Assembly: GCF_030144855.1 (NCBI RefSeq)
Contig: NC_082721.1
Location: 22,692,001-22,756,000 of the forward strand
Direction: 5' to 3'
Length of the DNA stretch: 64,000 nt
From: Hypanus sabinus
Taxonomy: Eukaryota
The translations under genes and the position numbers were made by a program. The notes under the pieces are model-generated. The model saw nothing but the letters and a program-made list of their open reading frames with translations. It did not search any database and was not told where the DNA came from. Within the stretch, counting starts at the first letter, position 1, and every line of letters starts with the position of its first letter. Shown here one piece after another: positions 50,422-62,772 of the stretch.

Positions 50422-50576
50422 TCTGCAGATGCTAGAAAACTAGGCCAACACACACAAAATACTGGAAGAACTCAATAGGGTTCCTGATGAAGGCTCCTGA
50501 CCCAAAATGAAAACTGTTTATTCCTCTCCATAAATGCTGCCTGACCTGCTGAGTTCCTCCAGTGTTTTGTGTGTTA
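50422..50576. mobile_element. Short fold-back Penelope terminal repeat
   Basis: AACACACACAAAATACTGGAAGAACTCA...CTGATGAAGG...TGAGTTCCTCCAGTGTTTTGTGTGTT. Confidence 0.75.
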
Positions 50577-51069
50577 CATGTTTTTGGGTTGTGTTTTTTA
50601 TTATCTGCTGTATATCATTAGTTAACATTAGTTAAAATATAATGAATGTATCTAAAACATCACATAACTCCTACTCATCAACAATTTACTCATCAATGAA
50701 TCACAGCGCTAAGCAGTATTGCACCTATATTGTACTGTCTTAGTGCTTTTATATTTGTATGATGTAGCACTTACCTTTTATTTACAGTTATTTTGTAAAT
50801 AACACTATTCTTTTGTACTTCTGGTTAGATGCTAACTGCATTTCATTGGCTTTGTATCTGTACTTGACACAACGAAAATAAAGTTGAATCTAATCTAATG
50901 TAGATGAATTACAAACTGAGTAAGAACCACACTTCTAAAATTATGCTAAATTAAAATAATTCATCTTGTTAACAGTGAATCAGCTCTCTGCCTATCACTA
51001 AACAGTAACACAGAGAAAAAGCTCAATGGACACCATGCAGTGATCACAAATGATACACAAACATCAACC

Positions 51070-54000
51070 CTTCTTCTTCTTGTAATGTTTAATGGCGGTT
51101 GGCAGACCAACATCAGGTGCATCCCCATCACCTACTGAGTTGGAAAGTGCAGCAAATAAACAGGATGCAAATGCACTAAATTCCACCCCCCCACCCAAAA
51201 AAAGTCTAAAGCTTTTTCAGAAAGTCAAAACCACACTTAACTGTATATACATTACAATGGCACAGATATCTGTAATGTTGAGTTAGGTTTACGAGTCCAG
51301 AAAGTGAGACAGGAAATGCATTGAGTTTGAATAGGTATATTAATCTCTTTTTTTTTACATACAATAAAAATTTGACCAAACATTCATGTTCCACATTACA
51401 GACAATATAAAGATGAATATTCAAAAAACTTATGTACATTCAACAAACATACGCAATTAAAACAGTACGCAGAGCATACCTTCCCAATTGCCATGTGCCT
51501 CCTTGTCTTAACCAAAGGAAGAAGAAAGCAAGTCCATTCCAGGTGCTGTTTTATATACCCAGGATGTTTGAAACTGGATACCAGACAGCTATCCAATGGA
51601 AAAAGCAGCTGCAGCTTCTAAACCAATGGAAGCAACTTTCGACAATCAGAATAAGGCACACCCCCACAGGACAACATCCTAATAAACTCTCCATGTTGGA
51701 CTGTGTCTGTCCCAAAAACCTCAATTTAGCAATTAGATGTTTCCTCTGCACCTCCGAGGTATTGCATCCAAACAATTTATACCGCACCATTTCTTGACAA
51801 TTACATTCCCTACAGATGCCAGTATCATGCATATTAAACCTGAACAGGGAATTATTCAACCTAATATGTCCAATCCATAAACATGCAAGTATAACTTCTC
51901 TTTTTAGACCCATCGACCAGTTGAGTTCCCACCATCCCCGACTTTTATATAAATGCCTCCTTATCTTTTCCTTATCCCTTCTTTATTGCCACAGTGAATG
52001 AATAGACTTTTTAAACTGTGGCTTTCACCTCCGCCTCATGCAAAGGCACCACTACATTTATAACATTAATTTTAAAGTGATCACTTGGCAAGAACGTCTG
52101 CCACCTTGTTTCCTTCAACCCAATGTGGGCAGGAACCCATATGAAATGTATACACAGTCCTAGAACCTGAAGCCTCAACAGATGTTCAATCTCAAGAAGA
52201 ATGTCTGACTTACAATTTGAAGTACCTGTTCTAATAGATGTCAGAACCAACAACGAATCAGAGCAGAGAAGTACGTAATCAGGGTGCCCTTCTCTGACCC
52301 ATTCAAAGGGTAAAATAACCATTTCAGAAGTGAATTCTTATACTCTGTTTCATAACCTTTTCTTAATAGTCACCTGAAACCTTGGACATAAACACCTGTA
52401 CGACCGGTCACCGTATCTTTTGAACCCTCTGTGTAGATCTGAAAGAATCCATAATAACTGTCTTGCATATATTGCTGAACTTCCTGTGCTACTGACAATC
52501 ACTCATCTTGATCTTTTCCCGAAGGCCTAAGTCAACCCCAGGCAAAGGGAAAAACAATGAAAGACTGACAGAAATGGGTACACTAGGACCATATTCCACA
52601 TTAAACCCAAGACTTTGTGCTCATTCATTTCCCATCAACCCAAAACTGAAAACCTTACAAATACAGTGCTCCCAACACTGCTAGTGTTGCCAATATTGTT
52701 CGACCAACACTTATGTTAATCCAATAAACCAATACTCACTATTACCGGCCTGTAATGCCAAAATTGGGGATGATTTAATAGCACAACATAATCTCATATT
52801 TTGAGTCATAGAAAAGTACAGCACATAAACAGGCCCTTTGGTCCATCTAGTCCATGCTGCACCATTTAATCTGCCTACTCCTATCGACCTGCATCCAAAT
52901 CATTGGCCTGAATACCCCTACCATCTATGCACTTATCCAGACTTCTCTTAAATGTTGAAATCAAGTTTGCATGCACCACCTGCGCTGCTGTTCATTCCAC
53001 ACTCTCATGACCACTTGAATGAAGCAGTTTCCCTCATGTTCCCCTTAAACTTTTTAAACTTTCACCCTGAAGCAATGACCTCCAGTTGTAGCCCTGCCGA
53101 ACATCAGTGGAAAAAGCCTGCTTGCATTTACCCTATCTATATCCCTCATAATTTTGTATACCTCTATCAAATCTCCCCTCAATCTTCAATGTTCCTAAAA
53201 ATAAAGTCCTAACCTGTTCAATGTTTCCTTATAACTCAGGTCCTCCAGTCATGGCAACATCCTTGTAAATTTTCTCTGTATTCTTTCAACCATATTCACT
53301 CCTTTCCTGTAGGCAGGTGACCAAAACTGCACAAAACACTCCAAATTATACCTCACAACTTCAACGCAACATCACATCTCCTGTACTCAGTATTTTGATT
53401 TATGAAGGCCAATGTGCCAAAAGCTTTCTTTATGACCCTATCTACCTATGCTGTCACTTCCAATGAATTATGGACCTGGATTCCAGATACCTTTGCTCTA
53501 CCGCACTCCTCAGTGCCCTGCCATTCACTATTCAAGACCTACTCTGGTTGGCCCACCCAAAGCACAGCACATCACACTTGTTTGCATTAAATTCCATCTG
53601 CCATTTTTCAGCCAATCCAGATCCCAATGCAAGCTCCGATAGGCTCCCTCACTGTCCAGTACACCCCCTATCTAGGTGTCATCCGCAAATTCGCTGATCC
53701 AGTTAACCACATCATCATCCTGATCATTGATTTAGATGACAAACCACAATGGACCCAGCACTTTAGTCACAGGCCTCCAGTCAGAGAGGAAACCATCTAC
53801 TACCACTCTCTGGCTTCTCCCATGAAACCAATGTCTAACCACTTTATTATCTCATCTTGAATACCGAGCGACTGAACCTTCTTGACCATCCTCCCATGTA
53901 GGACCTTGTCAAATGCCTTGTTAAAGTCCATGTCGACAACATCCACTGCCATGCCTTCATCGACTTTCCTGGCAACTTCCTCACAAAACAGTATAAGATT

Positions 54001-56016
54001 GGTTAGACACAACCTATCACGCACAAAGACATGCTAGCTATCCTAATCAGTCCACGCCTGTCCAAATACTCATACCATCTCATATTCATAAATACCTTCC
54101 AATAACTTTTCTGCTTCTGATGTCAGGCTCACCAGACTATAAATTCCTGGTTTATTTTTAAGAACCTTTCTTAAACAGCAGAACAACATTAGCTATTGCC
54201 AACCCTCCATAACCTCACCTGCCACCAAGGATAATTTAATTATCTCTGCCAGGGCTCCTGTAATTTCTGCACTTGCCTCCCACAGGGTCCAAGGAAACAT
54301 CTTGTCAGGCCCTGGGGATTTATCCAACCTAATTTCCATCAAGACATCAAGCATCTCCTCCCTTGTAATCTGTATTGGGTCCATGACCTCACTGTTGTTT
54401 TGGTCCATCTCCTGAGTAAATACAGATACAAAAAAATCAATTTAATATCTTCCCATCTCTTTTGGCTCCATGCATAATTACCTTTCTGATCTTCCAGAGG
54501 ACCAATTTTGTCTTCTGCGATCCTTTTGCTCTGAACATATCTGTCGATTCCCTTAGAATTCTCCTTCACCTTGACTGGTGGGGCACCTCACACTTTCCTT
54601 TAGCCCTCCTGGATTTCTTTAAGTGTTCTTTTGCATTTCTTATACTCATTAAAGTACTTCATTTGTCCCTACCTGCCTATACCTGCCAAGCAATTCCATT
54701 TTCTTTCTTAACCTAGGCCTCAAGATATCTTGAGAGCCAATGTTCCCGAAACTTATCTTCTTTACCTTTCATTCTGACAGGCACATACAAGCTTTGTACT
54801 CTCAAAATTTCACTTTTGAGGGCCTCCCACTTACCAAGTACACCTTTGCCAGAAAACAACCTGTTTCACCCACACTTGCCAGATCTTTTCTGATACCATC
54901 AAAATTGAGCTTGAACTTCATCTAGGGTGAGACTGACCCATAAGCAACACATCCATAATCAAAGACAGATTTCATTAAAACAATATACATTTATGTACGA
55001 GACTTCTTACTCATGCCCCAATCACATCCATCTGAGCACATTAATGGCTTTTTTACATTTCTCCAGAATTTTATTCACATGCACCTTCCATGTCAGCTTT
55101 GTGCCAATCCACATACCTGAAAACCTCACCAGTGATTCTTGTTTAAGAGATTTACCATATAACTTGAGATCAATTGTAGGTGCAATGTTCCTTTTCAAAA
55201 AAAAAATACAACTTGAGTATTTGCAACAGAAAATTTAAACCCCTAACAATGTCCCCATTCCTCCACTCATTAACGGCTGCCTGCATTTTCCCAACTATAT
55301 AATTAATATTCCTTCCTCTTTTCCACATTGCACCATCAACAGCATATAATGATTTGGAAATATCTGAGTCAGCACTTAAGAAAATATCATTAATCAGATT
55401 TAAAAAGGAGGGGGTTACACACATTCCCCTGTGAAATCTTACATACTTGTGAAGTTGGCGACATAGGTCAATCAGCGCAAGGGTCTGATTGATTCTCACC
55501 AAGTTTCAATATAGAGAGAACAACCACATATTTCCAGGAGACGGGAAGTCGTCCTTCAAGCAGTATTGTATTTAAAAATTTCAAAACCAACGTAAGTTTC
55601 CAATCCGATAACAAATATCATCTTTCCCAAGTGATGTCTGACCAGTACCATTAGTAGCCCCCTTAAGTTCACACAGCAGAGATTCGAATTCCAAGCAGGA
55701 ACTGGTACATTCTATTCTTTTCTCGGCAGTCTGGGGATTGCCTGACAAAACCGTTTCTCTAGAAGATCTTTCATCTTTACTTAAATTGGCCGAACTATGC
55801 ACGCTGACAAATATTTTTGCTAATAACTCTGCTTTTCTTCAGAGTCAGTAACCGCAATCTTCTCCCCACAATACAAAACCGGCGATACCTCTAGTTTTTA
55901 ACTCCCCCACTTTCTGTATCATACCCCCCAAATACCCATGTGTATCACCTCCCAATGTTATCACAATACATTCTCGAATTTTCTTTGCCCTTCTCAGTAC
56001 TTTTCCAACTACAGTC
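51070..56016 (-). mobile_element. Nimb/I-clade LINE (RT, RNase H, CCHC), 5'-truncated, interrupted by CR1
   Basis: SLYAVDGAMWKRGRN (RT); IYTEGSK, CSDSL and WVPAHIG (RNase H); IGHIRLN...CRECNCQE; 3' GTAGGTGATGGGGATGCACC plus (AAG)n tail; candidate TSD AACATCAACC 51060 / AACTTCAACC 56017. Confidence 0.85.
52806..54904 (-). mobile_element. CR1 LINE nested in the Nimb element
   Basis: CLTNLILF.EEV...VDEGMAVDVVDMDFNKAFDKVLHGR; KSPGPD; TTGAG repeated at 52801 and 54905. Confidence 0.9.
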
Positions 56017-56089
56017 AACTTCAACCTTTGTTCCGTAACCACAATCAGGAGCAAAAAAAAAGTTCGACCCCATTCACGGCGATGCAAGG

Positions 56090-56155
56090 CACCAGCGCAT
56101 GCGCTGTGGCTGAAGAGCGAGACGCGTGGAAGCAGCGCATGCGCGCCGGAATCTG
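56090..56155 (+). promoter_or_regulatory. CpG promoter with two NRF1 palindromes and an ETS-like site
   Basis: GCGCATGCGC at 56095 and 56135; CCGGAA at 56146. Confidence 0.8.
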
Positions 56156-56218
56156 GACGTATAGCTGACGGCGCTTGTGAAGTGCTGTGTTGGTGTTGAT
56201 AAGTATTAGAAAAAAAAG
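56150..56218 (+). other. Non-coding first exon of a plus-strand gene divergent from THOP1 (probably SGTA, by synteny only)
   Basis: Strong donor AAG|GTGAGT at 56218/56219 just after the NRF1 promoter; no coding exon recognised in the window; start approximate; human SGTA lies head-to-head with THOP1. Confidence 0.6.
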
Positions 56219-57049
56219 GTGAGTTTCAAGGGGTATTCTTATAATGAGATCATGCAGGGCCGTCGGAGAAGTGTTGTATAATGAGAAAAGTCTCCGCCGA
56301 ATCTCAGCGTTATAGATTAGATCATGTGAACAGGCTCATTTCCTGATAGCTAGTTTGGTATTTGCAGGTGAGGAGGCTCCCAGATATGGTAGGCCGAAAC
56401 TGGAATGTTCTGCACTTCTTTTGGCTGTGTGTAGTTATTTCATGCAGCAAAAGCTGTCAGATTCCGTGCACATCTTTTACTCTAAGGTATCTTCAGAAGT
56501 AACAGTGAAATTTAATGATTCAATAGGGTTGATAGGTTTGTTGTACGTTGGCAGTTTCGCCGTTTCATTCAATCATATCACAACAGATGTGTAACCATGA
56601 ATGCATGAGAAAAAGGAAAATGTTCCATTCTAGTGGAATCCCGCTTTGAAAGACGAGCTATAGAAAATACCGTGGATATTCGAGATCCGAAAGAAACAAT
56701 AGAAAATATTGAAAACATCTGTAAACTTTTATGATTGGATGAGATTGCTACGCTTGACTGAATGTTCAGATATTTGACATTTGGGAAGTAACAAAACTGT
56801 TTGTTGACAATTTCCAATACTCAGATTGTCCATCTTTGAAGTAAACTTGGTAGATTGAGGTAATGTAGAAAGAATTAAAATGCTGTGACACAATGCTCCA
56901 TATCCATTGTATCTGAAACAATTGAAGTGAAAACTCAGATGCCGGAAATCTGAAGCAAGTCTGGCAACATCTCCAGAGAGAGAAGCTGTTAATGTTTTAG
57001 GTTGATGACTTATTCAGAACTAGAATAAGTTAAACATTAAAACAGAACC

Positions 57050-58490
57050 AGCTTTATAATCACTGCCATAAATTGCATGAAATGTGTTGTTTTGCAGCAC
57101 CCGTACTGCACAAAGACATAAAATTACTATAAACTGCAAAATAAATAGTGCAAAGTAAAAAATGGAATAACGAGGTAGCATTCATGGGCTGTTCAGAAAT
57201 CCAATAATAGAGAAGAAGCTGTTCCTGAATTGTTGAGTGCAGGTCTTTAGTCGCCTGTACCTCCTCCCTGGTGGTAGTAATGAGAAAACAAGATAGATAC
57301 CAGGTGGTGAGGGTCCTTAATGATGAGTGCTGTTTTCTTGAGGTGCTGTTTCATAAAGATGTCCTTGATAGTGGAGAGTGCTGTGCATATGTCAAGTCTA
57401 TAATGCTCTGAAGCCTCTTCTGATCCTGTGCATGGAGCCTTCACACTAGGCTGTGATGTAACCAGTCAGAATATTCTCCACTATACATCTGTGGAAATTT
57501 ACAGGAGGCTTTGGTGACCTAAATGGTGTAGTCAATCAGCAGTAGCCCGACATACAGTAGTGCTATAAAGTTTGTGAACACTGTAGAATTTTCACTATTT
57601 CTGCATAAATATGATCTAAAATGTGATCAGATCTTCTCTTAAGTCCTAAAACTAGATAAAAAGACCCAATTAAATACTTAACACAAAAACATTGTATTTA
57701 TTCATTTATTTATTAAGAAATATGCAGAAATAGAGAAAATTCTACAGGGTTCACAAACTTCCTAGCATCACTGTAAGTATTACTATTGTCCAGGTGATCC
57801 AAGGACGAGTGGAGAACCTGTGAGATTACATCTGTTGTTGACTTCTTGTGGCCAATTGGCTGATTGCAGTGGGTCCATGTCCTTGGTCAGGCAGGAGTTG
57901 ATTCTAGCCATGACCAACTTCTCAAAGCACTTCATTGCAGCGGATGTGAGTGCCACTGGACAACAGTCATTGAGGCAGCTCACCCTGCACTGGTATGATT
58001 GGCCCCTTTTTGAAGCAGGTGGGAACCTCTGACTGTAGCAGTGGGAGATTGAATATGTCCTTGAACACTCCTGCTGGTTGGTTGGTACAGGTTCTCAGAG
58101 CCCTACCCAGCTACACCACCATGGCTTGATGTCTTGTGAGGGTTTACCCTCTTGAAAGACGTTCTGACATCATCCCCTGAGAGATCACAGTGTCACTGGA
58201 TGCTGCAGGGATTCGCATCGTTTTATTCTACTTAAGGCATGCATAAAAGGCATTGAGCTGATCTGTGAACAAAGCATCACAGCCATTCATGATGTTATTT
58301 CGCTTTGTAGGAAGTAATGACCTGCAAACCCTGCCAGACTGACGCACGTCTGATTAAATCTCTAACCTCAATTGGAATTGTTTATTCACTCTTAAAATCA
58401 CCTCTGTAGGTCATACCTAGACTTGTATAGTTCTGGATCACCTGTCTTGAATGCCACAGATCTAGCCCTCAGTGAACTATGAAGTTGAAC
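57050..58490 (-). mobile_element. Degenerate Rex1/Babar-type LINE
   Basis: CLNDCCPVALTSAAMKCFEKLVMARIN; LKKTALIIKDPHH. Confidence 0.8.
57555..57773. mobile_element. Tc1/mariner MITE nested in the LINE
   Basis: ~50-bp imperfect TIRs (CAGTAGTGCTATAAAGTTTGTGAAC... / ...GTTCACAAACTTCCTAGCATCACTG), TA flanks. Confidence 0.85.
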
Positions 58491-58869
58491 TCACACAATA
58501 TTCTAAGTGCAGTCTTACCAGTTTATTAAAACACTGTGCTCACAGCAGGAACATTCATCTATTGTCAAGCCCAATGAAGTTTCAATGGGATAGAATCAGA
58601 GTGACCCACACCCATGATTGTTTTCAGTAGCCACAAAGTGTATCAGTTGGAAGTTAAATTGTGTACAGCATCTTATTTCCTGAAGACTGGTTCTTATTTT
58701 AGTTAATCCATATTATGCTATGTAACACTATTCACTCTCCAGATAATGGTCCCTAACATATGCTTTGGCTACTCAACCCTTCATCTAGTTGTTTTTGTAG
58801 TTGTCATCTAGAGTCTGGTTTTGCTATCCTCGGAAGCAATGTACATCAGATCAATGTTATTATTGTGAA

Positions 58870-59742
58870 AAATATTCCCTTAAATCCTCTCTAAACCTGA
58901 CAAGATTGTAACTTTTGGTATAAATATCAATCTTTCAGAGCTCCTCTATATTTTGCTTACCTGATTGAGGTTCTTCCTTGGCCTTCTCCACTTCAAAGAA
59001 AATAACTGTTTTCATCTTTTCTCACAACTGAAATACTGCATCCCTGACAATATCCTGGTCAGTTTCCTCTGTGCATTTTTCACACATAATGGCAACTTGA
59101 ACTTCGTACAGTACTCTGAGTGTGATCTAACCAGTGTTTTGTAAATTTTCAACATGATGTTTCAACTTTCATATTCAATGTGTCCTGTTGAGGCAGGCCT
59201 GTAACATATCTTCCATCAGTCCATCTACCTGTTTTACTACTTATAGGGAATAAAGGACTTTAAACCGAAAGTCTCCCTGCTTAATCATTTCTTATTGCCC
59301 TAGCATTTAGTCTTTATGTCCTACGATTATTTGACTTCCCAAAATGCGTCACCTTGTATTTATCAGGATTAAATACCATCTGCCAATGTTTCATCCCACT
59401 TTACGTGTGATCAACCTCCCTTGCTATCTACACCAACTTCATTGCCATCTCCTTATAAATTATACTGACTTCATTCACATCCAAAGTCATTAATATATTA
59501 GAAACATCAAGGATCCTAATGCCAATCCCTGTGGTACACCACTAGTTACAGACTTCCAATCAGACAAGCACCTTACCAATCTTACCCTCGCTACTGTCTT
59601 GTTCCTGATATGCTTGTGTGATGTCATGGGATTCCCATTAACCTTACTTGCCAAAGATATTTCATGACTTTTTTTTTGCAATCCTAATTTACTTCCCAAG
59701 TCGTCTCCCTCACTGTATTCCTTAAGACAATCCTTTGATTCT
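58870..59742 (-). mobile_element. Old CR1 fragment
   Basis: SDWKSVTSGVPQGLALGSLMFLIY. Confidence 0.7.
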
Positions 59743-59826
59743 GTGTAAAGGCAACTAGAATCAAAGGATTGTCTTAAGGAATATAGTGAGGGAGAGGACT
59801 TGGGAAATAAATTAGGATTGCAAAAA
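59673..59826. repeat. Near-perfect inverted repeat with 70-bp arms and a 14-nt loop
   Basis: 59673-59742 versus 59757-59826, 3 mismatches. Confidence 0.95.
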
Positions 59827-59913
59827 GACATATATCTGAGGTAGCTGCTGCATGTCTACTTTTTCTAGGTCCTGTAATGATGCTACTGAAATCCTAATGC
59901 TACCAGTTCCCAC

Positions 59914-61117
59914 TGTCACGTACGCGCAACCCTGTAAAAGTACCAGCAGCACAGAACACACCTGGAGTCTGGTTTTGATGTTAACAAAACACTATCTTAT
60001 TAGTAACTACGTCATATAGTAACTTAAATCAGGTAAGTCAAGAGTTAATGGTGTTATGCATATATAGGTTTAAATAAAGTACCCAAACTTATTCAAGCTC
60101 AAGTGGTAAACGATACAGTCTTACGATGGTACGTAAGAAAGTTCCGTTCAAATGCGCAGGTTAATTAATGCGAGATGTTTGTAATCCAAAGTCGAATGTT
60201 GTGAGAAGGCAATTACATCGATATTCCACAGATTCCACGACAGCAATACAAAGTAACAATAGCAGTAGGTTTTATCTCCGAAGTTGTTCCACTCCACAAA
60301 TGAAGTATCACCGACAGTGATCTTCAACGAAAATCCTTTCAACACAAGTGGTACCACACCCGAATTCAGCTACGGGACATCCCAAAGTGGTGGCCACAGA
60401 ATACTCAAACAGAATCCAAGTATGGATTATCACCGACAGTAGCTGATCACAAAGGGGACCGTCTTCAAGGGAACCACCACCCAGGCAAGGGTTGACACAC
60501 AGATTCCACAAAGTTACCTCAATCACACAACGTGATAGCCACTAATTCAGTTCCACGACATATGAAATAACTCCAACAGTGATTTGCCACAGAAGTGCCT
60601 TTCTTCAGTGAATTACCACACCCAGACAAAGGATAAACAAACATGTATTCACAAAGGTTTCCCCTCACCACAGAACCCACTCCTGTGGATTAACTAAGTG
60701 ACAACCACGCTTTTGTATTCAAATGCAATCAAACCCACCCTCACAGGCTACTTAGAGAGAGAGTCCAAACAGTGATCTCTTTGTCACTAGGTTTCTTCTG
60801 TTTCAAACCTTCCTCTCCTCTTCTCTTTGCAAACTTCTTCCAGTTGCAGAAAACTTGTGAGGGTCATTTATCAATACTCTGGAAACAGTGACTGACTCAC
60901 TGGTGTCTTCCATTGACCAAATCCATCTTGACTCTAACTGTGTGTTTCTGTGTGTCTGTAACTGTCCTTGATTGTCCAACAAATAACTCCACCCCTCTCC
61001 TCTCCCCCTCCCCCTCCCACCTTCTCCCCCTCAAACAGTATCCAAAAGTCAGTCTCATTCTCCTGGCGTTTTAAAGTGACAGTCCACAGAAAAAATGAAC
61101 CCTGGGGGTACACAACA
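59914..61117 (-). mobile_element. Solo LTR, ~1.2 kb, related to 47227-47951
   Basis: TG...CA termini; CCAC/TCAC flanks; shared U5-like end CAGACTCCAGRTGTGT...TGCTGGT...GTACG..ACA; internal degenerate repeats. Confidence 0.7.
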
Positions 61118-62009
61118 TCACAAAGTTGTCATCAACTCTTTCTCTCACTGTAGGTGCTGCCAGAAGTCTTAATTTAATTTCCAGATTTTCTGACTGATTA
61201 GAAATTTCTTCACTGGTGAGTTATAGCATAATACTCCATCCTGGAGAAATTTAAATGCTTGTTATATTCAAGGCTGAAATAGATTTTAATTTTTAAAGGT
61301 TGTCCAGAGACAAGAGGATGGGGCAAGAAAATGGTCTTCAGTTGAGGATCAGGCATGATCTTATTGAATGTCTGGAGGGCTGCCTGGCTTACAATTCAAA
61401 TTTTTTTTAGCTTGTTATGAAACTCAGTTCATGTATGATATTAATTTGGACCAGCCATGATCTTATTGAAAGGAGTACGAGTCTCCAGGAGAGACTGGTT
61501 TTATTTAGTAGGTTTGTATTTGCCTATTGTTTTTGAGCACTCCGTGTAGTTCGGAAAATAATTCATGCTTTTTATAATATGAAATTGCTTCACCATTTCT
61601 TTATGATACCCTTTGTTATTGTTGTTTATCTCTGGTTTTACAAAGGCTCAGTCTGTTTTATTCCCACCATGGCTTTGGGCTCTTGCCTGAATCAAAGTAC
61701 TGTATGGTGTGATTATATTGGTGAATATAGAATGTCGAGCTGATTATTTGTTTCTTTGTTGCATTGTAATATCAACTTATTTTAAATTGTTTTGATTAAC
61801 ATTTATAAAATGCTGGACATTTCTGAGGTGAAATGACAAGTTACATTTTGCAGAGTTTGTTTGCAAAGAAACAAGTGTAAAACACAAAATGCTGGAAAAA
61901 CCAGACAGTTCAAACAGCATCTAAGGAACAAAGAAAAGAGTTAACATTTCGGGATGGACAAATTCCCTACTTGTTTGTTGATGTAGCTATTTAACTCTGC
62001 AGAGAGTCA

Positions 62010-62772
62010 ACCCCTATAAGGCGGCTGGGCCAGGCAGCATCCCAGGCCAAGTACTCGGAATGTGAATACCAGCTTACTGATGTCTTCACAGGCATCTTCA
62101 TCACTTCACTCATCCAGGTTGCTGTCCCTTCATGCTTCAAAACAACCATGATCATCCCTGAACCAAAGAACTCTATACCTTCAGAATGAAACGACTACTG
62201 TCTGGTGGCTCTATCATGAATCATCATGAAGTATTTTTAATGATGGGTAATGGCACATATCAAAAACTTCATTCCTGTCATTTCTGTTTTTGGATTTCAT
62301 TTCAGCATTCAGAACTATTGTTCCGCAGACCTTGGTGAACGAACTCCTACTCCTTGGTCTAAATATACTACTTGCAATTGGGTGTTGGACTTCCTAACCA
62401 ACAGGCTTCAGATGGCCAGGATGCATAATCTCTCCTCCCTCCCCATCATCCTCAACATGGATGACCCCCAGGTATATCTGTTGAGCCCATTCCTGTACAT
62501 GCACTCACACATGACTGCACAGCCAAACACTCAAGTAATCACATTGTCAAGTTCGCCAATGACAATGGTCAGACTCCTCAACAATGCTGAGATGGTCCAC
62601 AGGGAGGAGGTGGAAGAGTTTAAGGCTTGGTGCTAGGAAAATAACCTCTTCTTCAATGTCAACATGACAAAGGAGATGGTTATTGACTTAAGGAGAACTC
62701 ACACTACTCACATCCTTCTTTACATTGGTGGCACAGCAGTGGAAATTGCACGCAGTTTCAGACTCCTGTGAG
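62010..62772 (+). mobile_element. Rex1/Babar-type LINE fragment
   Basis: CNWVLDFLTNRLQ...PQ...LSPFLY...WC.ENNL..NV..TKEMVID. Confidence 0.8.

Noticed and set aside
55170-56087. ORFs and a GGTGAG donor near 55500 as an upstream THOP1 exon
   Set aside because: The peptides are decayed Nimb ORF2, and THOP1 has its own ATG and promoter at 46.2 kb.
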